A DNA stretch of 63,996 nucleotides, filler included, from Octopus bimaculoides (GCF_001194135.2; 6 parts of 6 records of this genome joined end to end with filler, not necessarily neighbours in it), one strand, 5' to 3'; numbered from the whole stretch's first letter, positions 13,168 through 25,423 are shown. Numbers and translations are program-made. Notes: a model not told the origin generated them from the letters alone.

Positions 13168-14379
13168 TTATTTCTGTTTCACTCCGAGCATTCTTTTAAT
13201 TTCAGCAATAAAATTTGGGTTCCTGTAGCCGTAGATAATGGGATTTGAACAAGAAGCGATGTAAAAAGTGTGTCGTGCGAACCAATACAAAATTGATGTT
13301 GTCGAAGTCGTATTTAATGACCTCATCAGCGAATTTATCATTATGGCGCCAAAGCTAGGCAAAAATGTCACTATAAAAACTACAGTAATCATCATCATCG
13401 TTATAGTGGTATGCTTTATCCTGTCGGCTCGTTCTTTTGCTCGTTTTTCGTTGTTCACTTCCCGTAGTTTAGCCCTAATAGGTGCAATACTTTTCGTATA
13501 TACCTTTGATATTTCATCCGAGGAGACTTTAGATGACATTTCGGTATTAGACAATTCCACTTCCTCTACAGAAAGATTCGAAGGTAATCGATTAGAATCA
13601 ACAGTTTCTGGTATGTTAAGCCACTTCTGTTGAATTTCATCGGGACAGGGAATGCTTGTAGCACTATTTCTATTTTGTTGTGATTTGACACATTTTGTTT
13701 TCTTCATAACCTTCATATGTCGAAGAATTATGGTATACAGAAAAATGAGAAGGGTGAACGTAACCATTGCTAGGAGATTGTAGAAACCAAAGAATCCTAG
13801 TTGGTAATAATTAGGATTCTGGTCGTCCTTTGCTGAGCAAAAATATAAATATATACCAGGATAATTAGTTGGTTTCTTAACACTTCCATAATAAAAAAGA
13901 GTCATAATTCCCTGTGTTGCACAGAAAATAAAAATACAGGCTATGATGATTTTTGCAGCTCTCATAGTTATTTGAGTCTTCAGTGGTTGGCATACCTTTC
14001 TGTATCTCTCTGCTGCAATGGCCAGTAGAAAACCATAGTTACAAAGTCCTGTGAAAACTGCTAAACACAAATGGAACTGACACAGTATATCCCAGGTTGT
14101 CATCATAGGGTAAATATTTTGAGCAATACGAGCTGGTGTCACACAAGCACATATTATTAAATCAGCACAAGATAGCATCACGACAAACAGATAAGTTGGT
14201 GATAATTTCAAACGAAATCCGTAAACGTAAATAGTTAAAATGTTTCCAACCAAACCTGTGGTCATAGTTAATGCAATTAAAATAGTAAACGGAAGTCTTA
14301 TCAAAACTTGTTGTCTGTTGAGTTCTTCGATGGTGATATTATATTCCGTACCGTCTGTTAAATTCATATATGATGACAT
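13168..14379 (-). CDS. Orphan class A (rhodopsin-like) 7TM G-protein-coupled receptor, single coding exon, about 403 aa
   Basis: Uninterrupted 431-codon ORF with seven hydrophobic segments. TM1 GLVGN, TM2 LSCAD, TM3 Cys and AERY (DRY variant), ECL2 Cys, long ICL3, TM6 FLP, TM7 NPIIY, N-terminal sequons NLT and NIT. Met29 (14379) is preferred as start because the upstream part overlaps a splice acceptor. Confidence 0.95.
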   Translation of the reverse strand: MSSYMNLTDGTEYNITIEELNRQQVLIRLPFTILIALTMTTGLVGNILTIYVYGFRLKLSPTYLFVVMLSCADLIICACVTPARIAQNIYPMMTTWDILCQFHLCLAVFTGLCNYGFLLAIAAERYRKVCQPLKTQITMRAAKIIIACIFIFCATQGIMTLFYYGSVKKPTNYPGIYLYFCSAKDDQNPNYYQLGFFGFYNLLAMVTFTLLIFLYTIILRHMKVMKKTKCVKSQQNRNSATSIPCPDEIQQKWLNIPETVDSNRLPSNLSVEEVELSNTEMSSKVSSDEISKVYTKSIAPIRAKLREVNNEKRAKERADRIKHTTITMMMITVVFIVTFLPSFGAIMINSLMRSLNTTSTTSILYWFARHTFYIASCSNPIIYGYRNPNFIAEIKRMLGVKQK

Positions 14380-14416
14380 TCTTCTCCAATTTTGGGGTGT
14401 ATTTTCTCTGTTCAAT

Positions 14417-14450
14417 CTGAATAGGTAAAAATAGAAATAAGAAATATTAT
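14417..14450 (-). promoter_or_regulatory. Putative 3' splice acceptor upstream of the GPCR start codon
   Basis: Minus strand reads TATTTCTTATTTCTATTTTTACCTATTCAG|ATTG: a pyrimidine tract plus CAG. The exon would begin at 14416, 37 nt before the ATG. Confidence 0.6.
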
Positions 14451-14571
14451 CATGAAGCTCCATTATTACTGTGGTGTAGAAAAATTCATAATCAAACTCA
14501 CGGACTTAAACATACACACAACATAGAGAAAATAGTACTAAAAGGAACTGAACTTACATAGACTACGTTTT

Positions 14572-14632
14572 ACCTTTTACTTGTTTCAGTCATTGGACTG
14601 CAGCCATGATGGGTATTGTCCTTAGCGGGTTT
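14572..14632 (-). mobile_element. SINE family B 3' fragment
   Basis: TTTTACTTGTTTCAGTCATTGGACTGCAGCCATG matches the ends of the copies at 42500, 43615 and 47727. Confidence 0.65.
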
Positions 14633-14649
14633 AATACTATAGTCCTTAT

Positions 14650-15350
14650 ACAACTAGGAAACTACCGTAAAATATTCAGCATAGGATTATAGAAATATCT
14701 AACTTAGAGAAAGCTGGGACAAATAACCACAAAGCATGAACAAAATAAAAAAAGAAAAACTGTTTCCTGCCGAAAAATACAAGGGAGAGGCCACAATATC
14801 TGCTTTTACTTGGCGAATGCTGCGATCAGCTAAACAGAAAATAAAATAGACAAAGTGGAATCCCAAAGCTAGTTGAGAAATTCGGTGCTCAAAGCAGAGA
14901 CTGAAGAACTTTTAATTGTGGCACAAGATCACCAAAAACACTTAATAAAAACAGAAATACAATGACTGCAGGATAGAAATAGAGAAGTCAATGCTAATAG
15001 ACCCGATATAGTTGTCAGAGACAATGAAGAAGGCAAAAAGGCCTCCTAGTGGACATATCAATCCCAATTGATAACAATGTATCGCTAAAAGAAACGGAAA
15101 ACTCTCGAAATACAAAGATCTGGGAGTAGAAATAAACCAAATGTAGAACCTGAAAACAGTAACAATCCCTATAATAAAAGGTGGATAATGTACGACTGAA
15201 AAACATACACACAAATGCATAATCAAAACACCAGGTCTTACGAATATATGTAACATACAGAAAACAGCACTGCTACGCTATGCATCCCACACATCCTACG
15301 TAAAACGCTTTCAATACAGTGAAAATAACAACACTAAAACAAGCCACATG
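14650..15350 (+). mobile_element. R4/Dong-type LINE 3' fragment (REL endonuclease), degraded
   Basis: Frame-broken LKAETE..AQD, NRPDIVVRD, VDISIPIDNNVS.KE, SKYKDLGVEI, HILRKTLS*. Homologous to 28300-29000. Confidence 0.85.
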
Positions 15351-15359
15351 ACCAGAACA

Positions 15360-16520
15360 GTTGCAAGTGTAAGTGCAGAGGTACCAAGGATCAACTCCTG
15401 GTAGACAAAACGGTACTTAGAGACTGCAAGAGGAGGAAAAGTAACTTAGCCATGTCATGGATCAATTATCGTAAGGCTTGCGGAATGATCCCACATTCTT
15501 GGATTATGGAATGTATGCACTTATTGGTATTGCATAGCATGTTGAGCGATTGCTTGGAAAAGTATGGCGAAATGGAGGACGAAACAGACAGCATATGGAA
15601 GAAATTTAGGGACAATAAAAATCAGGAGAGGCATCTTCCAAGAGGACTACCTGTTCCCACTGATCTTTATATTGTGCATGATAACACTAGCACTGATTCT
15701 GAGGACAGCAATTGCTGGGTATGTATTCGCCAACAAAATGTCAATCACTTGTTATTCATGGATGACTTCAAACTTTATAGTAAAGAGGAATCCCAAGTCA
15801 GTTCCCTCGTTGATGCGGTGTATACTTTCAGTACTGATATCAGAATGGAGTTCGGACTGAAAAAGTGTGGTGTGTTAAGTACTTGGGGATATTGGAAATG
15901 GGTAACTTGATGGAGAAAAACGACAGAAAAATTAAGGTGGAGTACTTGCGCAGACTGAGATTGGTCCTGAAGTTAAAATTAAACGGACGGAATAAGATTG
16001 AAGCGATCAACAACTGGACGGTTTTGCTACTTAGATATGGAGCAGGGGTAATCGCATGGGCAGTAGACGAACAGCTTAGACAGAAAGACAAGGAAGTTGC
16101 TGATTAGATGTGAGATACTCCACCCAGAAAGTGACACAGACAGACTGTATGTACCAAGAAAAAGAAGGGAAAGAGGACTTTTTGGATTCGAACACCGTAT
16201 TAGAGCAGAAGAAAACAACATAGCATGGTATGTAAAAAATGCCACTGAACCACTATTATTGATTTTGCCTCTCTTCAAAACTAACACACCACACTTTTTC
16301 AGTCCGAACTCCATTCTGATATCAGCACTGAAAGTATACACCTTAAATTATTATTGGAAGTAAGGTCAGGCTTGCGTAGGATGGAAGATTGCAAAGATAA
16401 AGCACTGTACAAGCACTTGAGAATGAATGAAACTGAAAGAGGTAAAGAAAAGAAAGCATGAACAATTTCATTGGGATGTTGAAGATAAGACAGGCAGAGA
16501 AAAAAGATGGCTTTGTTTCC
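15360..16520 (+). mobile_element. R4/Dong-type LINE reverse-transcriptase fragment, degraded
   Basis: [88 protein letters not shown]. Confidence 0.9.
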
Positions 16521-18470
16521 AAGGTAGCTCCAGGCTACATGAATTTATACTGTCTATTCTGAGCAAGGCCAAGTCAGATTAAGGTATAGAAGCGGAAAAG
16601 GCTATTTACAGTGATTTCATTGGCGAGAATGAGATGGATGTTCCGTTCCCGGGGGTATATGTGGATGTTTCCACGAGCAGTTTTTTGCACAATCTTTTGT
16701 TGATGTCTCTCTTGAAAGAACCTACTCCTTCAGAATATTTAGATTTTATGGTGTTGCATGTGTTTTGTGATGCTCTGCTGACTTGGTATTTTTGTTGTCG
16801 TGATGAAGTCAGTGTGTGTGTGTGTGTGTGTGTGAGTGTGTGCGCGCGTATGTGCGTGTGTGTGTGCGTGGTTGTATGTGTTCCATTACTTATTTATTGT
16901 TCATGTTTATTGCTGTGTAGTTGAAAATGTTTGATTTTTCATGGTGTTGGGACGTACAATCTGAGAGCTGTTTGTGAATTGGGTTGTGCTTGTGATGGCG
17001 GTGTCTGTGACATTGGTGGTGGTGAGGGTAGTGATGGGGATGATGTTGTTGCTGATGGTATTGGTGTGGCTGTTGTTGCGCGGGGTAGTTGTGTATTTAG
17101 TTTTAAAGACGTCTCTCTACTCTGGTCATAGCCGCCACTTTATCGTGTTGATGCCGGTGTTATTTTGCTTTTTTTAATTTTGTTTGATCTACCGATCATT
17201 TGACATTTAAGCTCTTCGTCATCCCCCTCACTGTACGTCATGTCTGATTGCTCCGAACACGGGAGAGACAAGTAGTACGGAGTTGTTTTGCTGTTTTTCT
17301 GTTGTTAAATCTTTAAAAAAATTTTTTTAGGGATTCTGATGCATTGTTTTTTTCTGCTCTCTGGTGTATGGAAGCCATAGATGTTGGGGATTTCTTTGTT
17401 CTGTTTTCTGCCGTTGCTTCTACTGTTGTTTTTGTTGTTGCTGCTGCTGTTGTCTGTGGTACTGTCATTGCAGTAACTGCTACTTCTGTTACTGTTGCTT
17501 TTGCAGCTGTAGTGGTCATCTGCTTCTGCTCGTGTTGTGGTGGTGTTGGCAAATTTGGATGGGAGTGGGGGGGATGACTTCTCTCTTTTGTTGTGGGCAG
17601 AAATCTCTGAACTGATTTGAGTCCCCGCACAAGTGACATCTTGACTTTCTGTCCTCAGCCACATGAAGCTTTGTGCCATCTTGACTCTCTGTTCTCAACA
17701 ACCATGTGAAGCTTTGTGCACTCCGGTAGACTTATGAAGTTCGGGATGGCCTCTACTCGTGACTGGTTTGCTTGCATGCTCAGTCCTAACCAGTTCTGCT
17801 TCTGGATTCTATGTTCACAGAACTGTGGTTTTCTCTTCTACGTAGAAGACAATCTCAGCTACCAACCAGTAGATGTTTATTTCTGGTGGTATATTTAGTA
17901 TTCTTACTTTAAATACCCTTTGACCAAGGTGAATGTGGATGAGGATGAGTTCGTCACTCGTTAGGGTAACTGTAGAATAATTTTTGACTGCAGCTGAGGC
18001 GAATCTCACTGGCTATAAAGGTTTTGCTCTTCCAAATTGGTTTTAACATACTTCAACTTGCTGGTGTGTTGTCAGCTCTACTTCCCTACTCTTTGCTCCA
18101 ATTGTTTTATGTAGAACTAGCCGAAAATTAGTTTCATATTGGACATTTCTTGAAATATTTAGTACCACATTTTTCTCACATTCCTCCAACATACATTTAA
18201 CTCTCTTGAATCCACTTTCGTTTATAAAGATGTCTTTATTTACTTGTCGGGTCGCTTCCACGAAATCGCTAAGAGTGGGTTTGAATGGTTCGTTTTCTTT
18301 GTTGTCTTTTTCGTTAAAGATGTAGGTGGAAGTGGTGGGTTTGCTATTTATGACTTGGCTGTTCTCTTCGGATGACCGGCTGTTCCCTTCAGCGGACGAA
18401 CATTTCTCTTTCACTATCATTTTTTAGCAAAACATGAGGGGCAACTTAGCCTAAACAAACATCAAGATAG
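16510..18470 (-). mobile_element. Tx1/L1-like LINE 5' portion: ORF1 plus only the first codons of ORF2
   Basis: KVRILNIPPEINIYWLVAEI and CHLCGDSNQFRDFCP (degenerate zinc knuckle) match the other ORF1 copies. After the ORF1 stop (about 16607) the minus strand reads LALLRIDSINSCSLELPWKQ, resembling the ORF2 start MAVHVGCINVRGLASSWKQ at 20923. Confidence 0.75.
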
Positions 18471-18675
18471 ACTCTAAATGCTACAGATGGTGAGAGTCTA
18501 ACCAGCGCCTCAAGATCGGGGTTTGTTTATCTATGTAACGATAACAAATGCACAATGTATAAGAATGTGTGACAATATAGATAACAGCAGACTTACGGGA
18601 GCGATGTGCAACACATGTCGATAGATGAATAACAATAAAAACAAAAACAATAATAATGACAACAGCAATAATAAT

Positions 18676-18855
18676 CCTTTCTACTACAAGCACAGGACCT
18701 GAAATTTGGTGGGAAGGGGCCAGTCGATTAGATCTACCTCAGTATGCAACTGGTAATTAATTTACCGAAAGGATGGAAGGCAAAGTCGACCTCGACGGAA
18801 TTTGAACTCAGATCGTAGCGACGGGCGAAATACCGCTAAGCATTTCGTCCAGCAA
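18676..18855 (-). mobile_element. tRNA-derived SINE family A with (ATT)n tail
   Basis: AAGGCAAAGTCGACCTCGACGGAATTTGAACTCAG core. On minus the 3' end reads TAGTAGAAAGGATTATTATT. Confidence 0.85.
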
Positions 18856-19048
<193 letters not shown>

Positions 19049-19050
<2 letters not shown>

Positions 19051-19502
19051 AGAGCTTACTAGCGATTGTTAAACAATTCAGTGCTGACATTAGGATGCAA
19101 TTTGGCCTCAAGCTACCTTTGTCATTGGAAAAATGACAGAAGCATCCAATGTTAATCTTGACCCACAGAATTTCACAAAGGAGTTAGAACCAGCAGAGAG
19201 TTATAAATACCTAGGGGTATTTGAAGGGGATGGAATCAAACATTCAATGATGAGGGAAAGGGTCAGAAGAGAATGTTATCGTAGTGTAAGAGTAATACTC
19301 ACGACAGAGCTGAATGCAAGAAACAGGATCAAAGCGATCACTACTTTAGCCATACCGGTCGTGACTTGCAGTTTCAATATCATTAACTGGTCAATTACTA
19401 AAATATGTAATCGTGACAGAAAATACGAAAATTGTTGACAACGCATAGAATGCACCACCCTAAGGCAGATATAGAACGACTTTACCTGCCAAGAAAAGAG
19501 GG
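19049..19502 (+). mobile_element. 5'-truncated R4/Dong-type LINE fragment starting directly after (TAA)n
   Basis: VKQFSADIRMQFGL, ESYKYLGVFEGDGIKHSMMRERVRRECY, ELNARNRIKAI, HHPKADIERLYLPRKEG. Same subfamily as 27560-28000. Confidence 0.9.
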
Positions 19503-22500
19503 ACTATTGGACTGTTTTTGAAGACTTTCTTCTTGTGTCTTGCCCCCGTGAGGGGAAGCTTGCATTATGGCAAGCTCAAATATGGAGATATTATTGAGTG
19601 AAGAAGAAGTAGAAAAAATGTTGAAAAACATTCATAGAAACTGATGAAGATGATAATACCCCACCGAGACCATCGACGTCAAGAAGAAACATTGAAGCTG
19701 CAAGTTTAATTACAAAAGGAAAAATAGAAGAAAACAATGAGAAGAAAAAACGAAAAAAATAGATTTGCTGCTGCGGCAGGTACAAAAGCTAAAATTCTGG
19801 ACCTGAACAATTTATATAAACACAAGGAAATACTTTCGAAGGAGGGGAATGAAGTTAAAGTAGACCCTCCAAAAGAAATCCAACAAGAGGTAGAGAAGAA
19901 AACTCTAATTTTTACAAAGTGGAAGAAAAGAAAATAGATTACGTCGTAGAAAGTGAAATTGAGAAATGTTTAAAGCCTATATGGCACCTCGTAAAGTACG
20001 TAAACAGAGGTAGGCGGTATGCAACCGTCGAAGTAAGAATGGAGTCAGAAGAAGCAGCTCGACTCCATTCAGTCGACCCGTTAAAAACAGAAGTGGTGGT
20101 GCTTCTGCCCATATATATGGGCAGAAAAACGTCAAGGGTTACAATAAGTAACATTCCCCCTGAGGTGGACCCAGAGTGGCTCGTCGTGGCAGTTACTATG
20201 GGCCTAGAAGATAGAATATCTGTATTGGAAGCTGCTGTGATGGAGCCACGCAACTGGCATGGCCAGAGCCTGCGAATTGTGATACAAACGGAACAGACCA
20301 CGCTGGAACAAATAACAGAGATTATCGAGGTTGGTGAGACCCGACTAGTGGTCGTGGTAGAGGGTCGCCAACCTCGTTACTTCCAGTGTGGTAAAAAGGG
20401 CCTCGTCAGAGCGGACTGCAAGGAAACTGAAAACAAGAAAACAAAGGAGGTAGAAGAGATTACAGTAACGCCGGCGGAACAAACACCTGTACCAAATGAA
20501 AAAGCAGGCGAGCGGTGTGAAATAGTAAACTACAAGAGGAAAATGAATCCACCCTCCCCTGAAAAGTAAAAGAAAAAAATAAGTGAACTAAGACGATTTA
20601 AAAAATCAAGAAAGAGACAAGAAGAAAACTGCTACATGGCGGTTCGCAGCTCGAATCGAGATCTAGTGAACCGGCTGGCAGTGCTTCATGCAGAAAAAAT
20701 AGACAACCCAGAAAGCTTGAATGGATTTCACATCTTTAAGACTGATAAGAAAAACTATAAAATATTGGCAAACGAATTTCGTGAGAATGTAGGCCCTATC
20801 AGATTGGACATTACTGATAATCTATATGAGGGCCTCATCACTCCGACAACGCGAGCCCGAGAAAAAGAAAAGGAGGCGGATAACCCTCCGCCTCCAGACA
20901 TCGACTGAGGTAAGTCACTTTAATGGCTGTTCACGTAGGATGTATAAATGTACGTGGTCTCGCGTCAAGCTGGAAACAAGGACGTTTCCTAAATGACGTC
21001 TGGACACAAGGTTTAGATGTCATTGTTGCTACTGAAACTCGGTTAAAGGGGTCAAGGGATCTGATCCCGCTCCTGAGTGGCTATGAGAGGTTCGCTTCTC
21101 CAGGCCCGCCGGGTGGCGGGGTGGGGTCTTGGTCCTACTTAAAAGAAACCGAGTTTCAGAGAAAAAGTTGATTTTTTTCTGACCCAGAAGGTAGGCTGGT
21201 CGTTTTAGATCTGACGTTCAGTTGTGGTAAGGAAATCAGGCTGGTTGCTGTTTATGCACCTAATTCAAGTCAGATTGATTATTACCGAGAATTGGAGGAG
21301 TTTCTAGGCACGTCACGTTCAGTAGTTGTGTTACGAGACTTTAACACTATTTTCAATGCGCGAGTGGATAGTGTTGGCTCGAATCTTAATAGAAAACCGA
21401 ACATAGGCTTCCGGAGTCTACTAAGTCACTTTCAGCTAGTAGATCCCTACAGACTAGAATTCCCGAACGCTCCATTGTGGACATGGTCAAATAGCGAAGG
21501 GTCTTCTAGGTCTTACATAGATAGGATACTTATTAGAAAATTTGATAAAGAAATACTTACGCGTCCACAATTCCACTTGGTCAGTTACAGTGACCAGAAG
21601 ACGGTAACTTGTAAACTGCACATAGATAAGATATATAGTAAGGGTTCCGGCTACTGTAAACTCAATAAGTCCCTTTTTGCGATTGAGGAGTATAGGAGCC
21701 GGATTAAGTTACTAGTACAGAGGGCGTTAACCGGTTCCATTACCAACAACAAATGGTGGTACACCCTCAAAAGAGCCATTAAATTCGAGTCTATTAGATA
21801 TAGCATAGGATTAGTGGCTAGAGGGCGTAGGAAAGAAAATGAATTAGTTAAGGCCCTAGAGGAAGCCACGACAGCTGGCGACGCATCCCAGGTGAAGGTG
21901 AAAAGACTGGAATAAAACCAGCACCTCGAACCCAAACACATGAGGTGTATCGTCAGAGCTAGACTTCGTGCAATGGGGAGCGAGGGAATCAAGGCCGCTG
22001 GATGGGCACGAGTTGTAGAAGCTCAACGTGGAAATGATTCCATAATTCGAGCTGTGGTGAATGCGCAAGGTGACTTGATAAACGAACCCGAGGAGATGTG
22101 TCGGACTTTTCAGGAGCACTTCACCCAGCTTTTCGTGGGGAGCGATGGGTCGGATTGCAGGATGGACCTTACGGACTTCCTCACCGGTCTGCCGCGTCTC
22201 TCGGGACAAGATGCGGAGAGTTGTGAAGGGTCGATCACACCTGAGAAAGTTATTGAGGTCATAGCGGACTGCGGCGGTGGTAAGGCGCCGGGTTTCGATG
22301 GTCTTTCCTACGAGCTATATAAAAGTATGCCAGACTTGTTTGGGAACATACTGGCTAGCGTTTATGCGAACTGGCAGCAGAATGGGTTTATCCCCAGATC
22401 TGTTCGCCGGAGAGTTGTGACGCTTGTCAGGAAGGACCCGGACAAGGGGGATAATATAGATAATTTCAGGCCCATCACTCTGCTGAACGCAGAGATGAAG

Positions 22501-24345
22501 ATTTTGGCCAAAGTGTTAGCAAAAAGATTGAGACGTGTCGCGGATGGCCTGATCAGAGGGGCACAAACTTGTGCAGTCCCCGGCAGAACCATCCAGGATA
22601 ATCTTCATCTTATACGCTACACTGTAGAAGGGTATGGAAAAAATCTGGCAAGGGCGGAGCACTGGTCCATTTAGACCAAGCTAAAGTATTCGATAGAGTG
22701 GACCATCGGTACCTGATTTCTGTTCTCGCGCGGTTCGGACTGGGTCTTGGTTTCCTCAGATGGATTATACAGTTGTACGACAACATCGATTCGATCGTTC
22801 AGGTGAACAACTGTTTCTCAAAGTTGTTCTGCATCAAACGGTCGGTTCGCCAAGGGTGCCTGCTCTCTCCGCTTTTGTATGTGATGGCCTTGGAACCATT
22901 ACTGAGAAAGCTGAGCGGTATCTCGACGAATCCAGGAGGTGGAGGATCAGTTACAGCATACGCAGACGACATCACTATCATCGTGACCAAGATGGAACAC
23001 CTGCATCAAGTAGATGAAACCATTAAGGTTTACGAGACGGTGGCAGGAGCAAAAATTAACCGGGAAAAGAGTTGGTTGGCTTGCAACTCGGCACCTGGAG
23101 GGGCAAGTCGATGCCTTCGAATAGCGTCGTAGGACGCTGGACGGAGGGCCCAATTAAGTTGCTAGGAATCTGGGTTGGCCCAGATCTCCTGATAGAAAAG
23201 AACTGGTCTGAGGTTTCGATCAAGGTGACCCACACAGTCAGGACCTGGTCTTGCCGGTGGCTATCCTTGAAAGGGAGGGTGGAGGTGGCCAATGTGCTTA
23301 TCGCATCGGTCATCGTTTACCGCCTTTCCGTCGTGCCTTGTCCAGATTCGTGGTTAAACAAGTTGGAGAGGAAGATCTTTCGCTTTTTGTGGAAGAACTC
23401 CGCTCCACTTTAAGACGTTCTATCTGCTGTCAAAAGCCGTTAAAGGGTGGGTTAGGAATGCTTTGGTTGTTGATGTGCAAGCATGCGCTGAGGTTGAGGC
23501 ATCTCTGGCTCTACCTGGATGGTGAACGGGTGTGGTCTTTTGCTAGACGGATGTTCCCCAGCTTTACTAGTTTTGGTGGTAGACTCGATTCGCCGAAGAT
23601 GGAAGTTGGGTACCTGGTATACGGAGTGCCGCAAGGCGCTTCTCCAGTTCTGCAACGCAGGCAATGTCAGTGGTTTCGGTACCACCGCGGCTTTCTATAG
23701 TAGGTTGGTAGAGGTTGGAAATGACGATGCCCTGGGAATAATGATGCCCTGGGAAGGACCCTGGTTAGACAGCCTGTTCCGAAGAACGTTCGGGTCGAAG
23801 ACACTGGATAACTTCCAAGTCTTTGGTCTGGCAGTGTTACCGAGGAGCCCTACTCGTTCGAGATAAACTCATGAGACACGGTCACCCGGGGCCGACGGCC
23901 TGTCCAAGATTGTTTTCTCGTAGTAGTAGCAATTGCGAGAGAGGTGATATGGAAGTCGAGAATGAAAGGTATCGTGACAAACATCTGCGCCTTTTCACTT
24001 GAAAAGGAAGGTGTAGCTGGAAAGGAGGTGTTTGTCAGAGAGTGAGTTTAAAAAACGATGGACGCGTGTAGCACGCATGTTGGGAGTGAAAAGCTCTGCG
24101 TGAGCACGCTTGTGTGACTACCAATAAGTCGGTGTTAAAGACAGGGCTCGTGGGGTCGGAGCATACCTGTTTTGAACACCTCATCGTGTGATTTATTGTT
24201 TGTAATTTATTATTTGTAATTTCTTGTGTTGTAATTCATTCGATTTCATTGGATATGTAAAATTTTATTATATCATCCGTTTGTATGTGACCCCGATCAC
24301 ATTATATTGTCCCCTCTATGTTGACTCGCATGGGTAATAAAAAAA
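19503..24345 (+). mobile_element. Near full-length Tx1/L1-like LINE, inactivated
   Basis: ORF1 about 19570-20908 (VTISNIPPEVDPEWLV; EGRQPRYFQCGKKG knuckle). ORF2 from 20923: APE (INVRGL, ATETRL, DFNTI, WTW, SYIDRILI) and RT (KAPGFDGL, NFRPITLLN, VRQGCLLSPLLY, AYADD). Tail ...TTGTCCCCTCTATGTTGACTCGCATGGGTAATAAAAAAA. Multiple stops and frameshifts. Confidence 0.95.
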
Positions 24346-24889
24346 CAGATCCCAATGGTAGTCATGGAGTGTGAAGGTAGGGGTGCGGACCGTACTTGTA
24401 ATGCTGTGTGTGTATTGTCTGGGTAATGAAAATATTTACTTGCGCGCATACATATCGATAGGTCTTGGGGAGTCAATACGCAAAAGTTTTGAAACACTGG
24501 TTAGGTTATTTTTTAGAAAGATGACTCATCTCAAAGCAGCTGTAGAAAATTTAGTAATAGTAATAAATAGTTTATCCTTATCTAATACAAGTCAAAGTTA
24601 ACAAATTCCCCATTCAAAATAGTTACAAAGTAGTAGAAATAATGATAATAAGTTCTACGCAGGAATTTTAAAATGAATAGCATGAGACCTTTTGGTTATC
24701 TCTTCTCTTAAATTTCGGCCTTCCTTTAGTATTCCTGTTGTTTTAGATCGATGTATAGAATAAGGTATATATGTAAGTATACTGTAATGTGTTAATATGT
24801 ATGTATAATACATGATATGAGGGAGATAATATAAGACACGGGAGATTATATAACATAAGAGAGATAATCAGAGAAAGATTTGAAAGATT

Positions 24890-25090
24890 TCGTCTAAAGT
24901 AAAGTAAATATAACAAAAAACAATCCATAATCCTTGTCCAGTACCGGATCTATCCCCAAATCTAATCAGTTCGTGCCAGTCACGAGGCCAAATAAGTTTC
25001 ATCCGAATTTATCCAGCGGTTCTTGAGATATCTTGTCCACGAACAAAGACAACCGAAAACAATACACTCGCCTTCGTTAACACGGAAGTA
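24890..25090. repeat. Unclassified dispersed repeat (possible non-autonomous element)
   Basis: Recalled as resembling an abundant cephalopod repeat and ends next to a TAA tract. Class not established from the sequence. Confidence 0.3.
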
Positions 25091-25137
25091 ATAATAATAA
25101 TAATAATGATAATAATGATAATAATAATAATAATAAT

Positions 25138-25347
25138 ACTCTTCTTTTAATTTTGACTCTATATCTTCAGGAGGAGTTACCTCAATCCTTTCTATATTAA
25201 CCAAAATGAAGTAGATTGACAAATTTATTTTTTGAACCAGTGGAAGACACGCGAGATGTCGAAATATTGTTCACAAGATAGCAAATGGCACTCTTCTTTT
25301 AATTTTGACTCTATATCTTCAGGAGGAGTTACCTCAATCCTTTCTAT

Positions 25348-25423
<76 letters not shown>

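Noticed and set aside
13268-13633. 121-aa plus-strand ORF antisense to the GPCR (and 14240-14428)
   Set aside because: Shadow ORFs of the real coding strand with no independent features.
14380-14463. First 28 codons of the 431-aa GPCR ORF (MELHDNISYFYFYLF...)
   Set aside because: They overlap a pyrimidine tract and acceptor. Met29 gives a typical short glycosylated N-terminus. Not fully excluded without transcript data.
17305-17679. Ser/Asn/Thr-rich ORFs as an independent gene
   Set aside because: They are the low-complexity linker and zinc-knuckle region of the broken Tx1-like ORF1.
19503-24345. Tx1-like LINE as a clean insertion splitting one R4 element, or as an active element
   Set aside because: There is no TSD, the right flank does not resume the R4 sequence, and both ORFs carry several stops and frameshifts.
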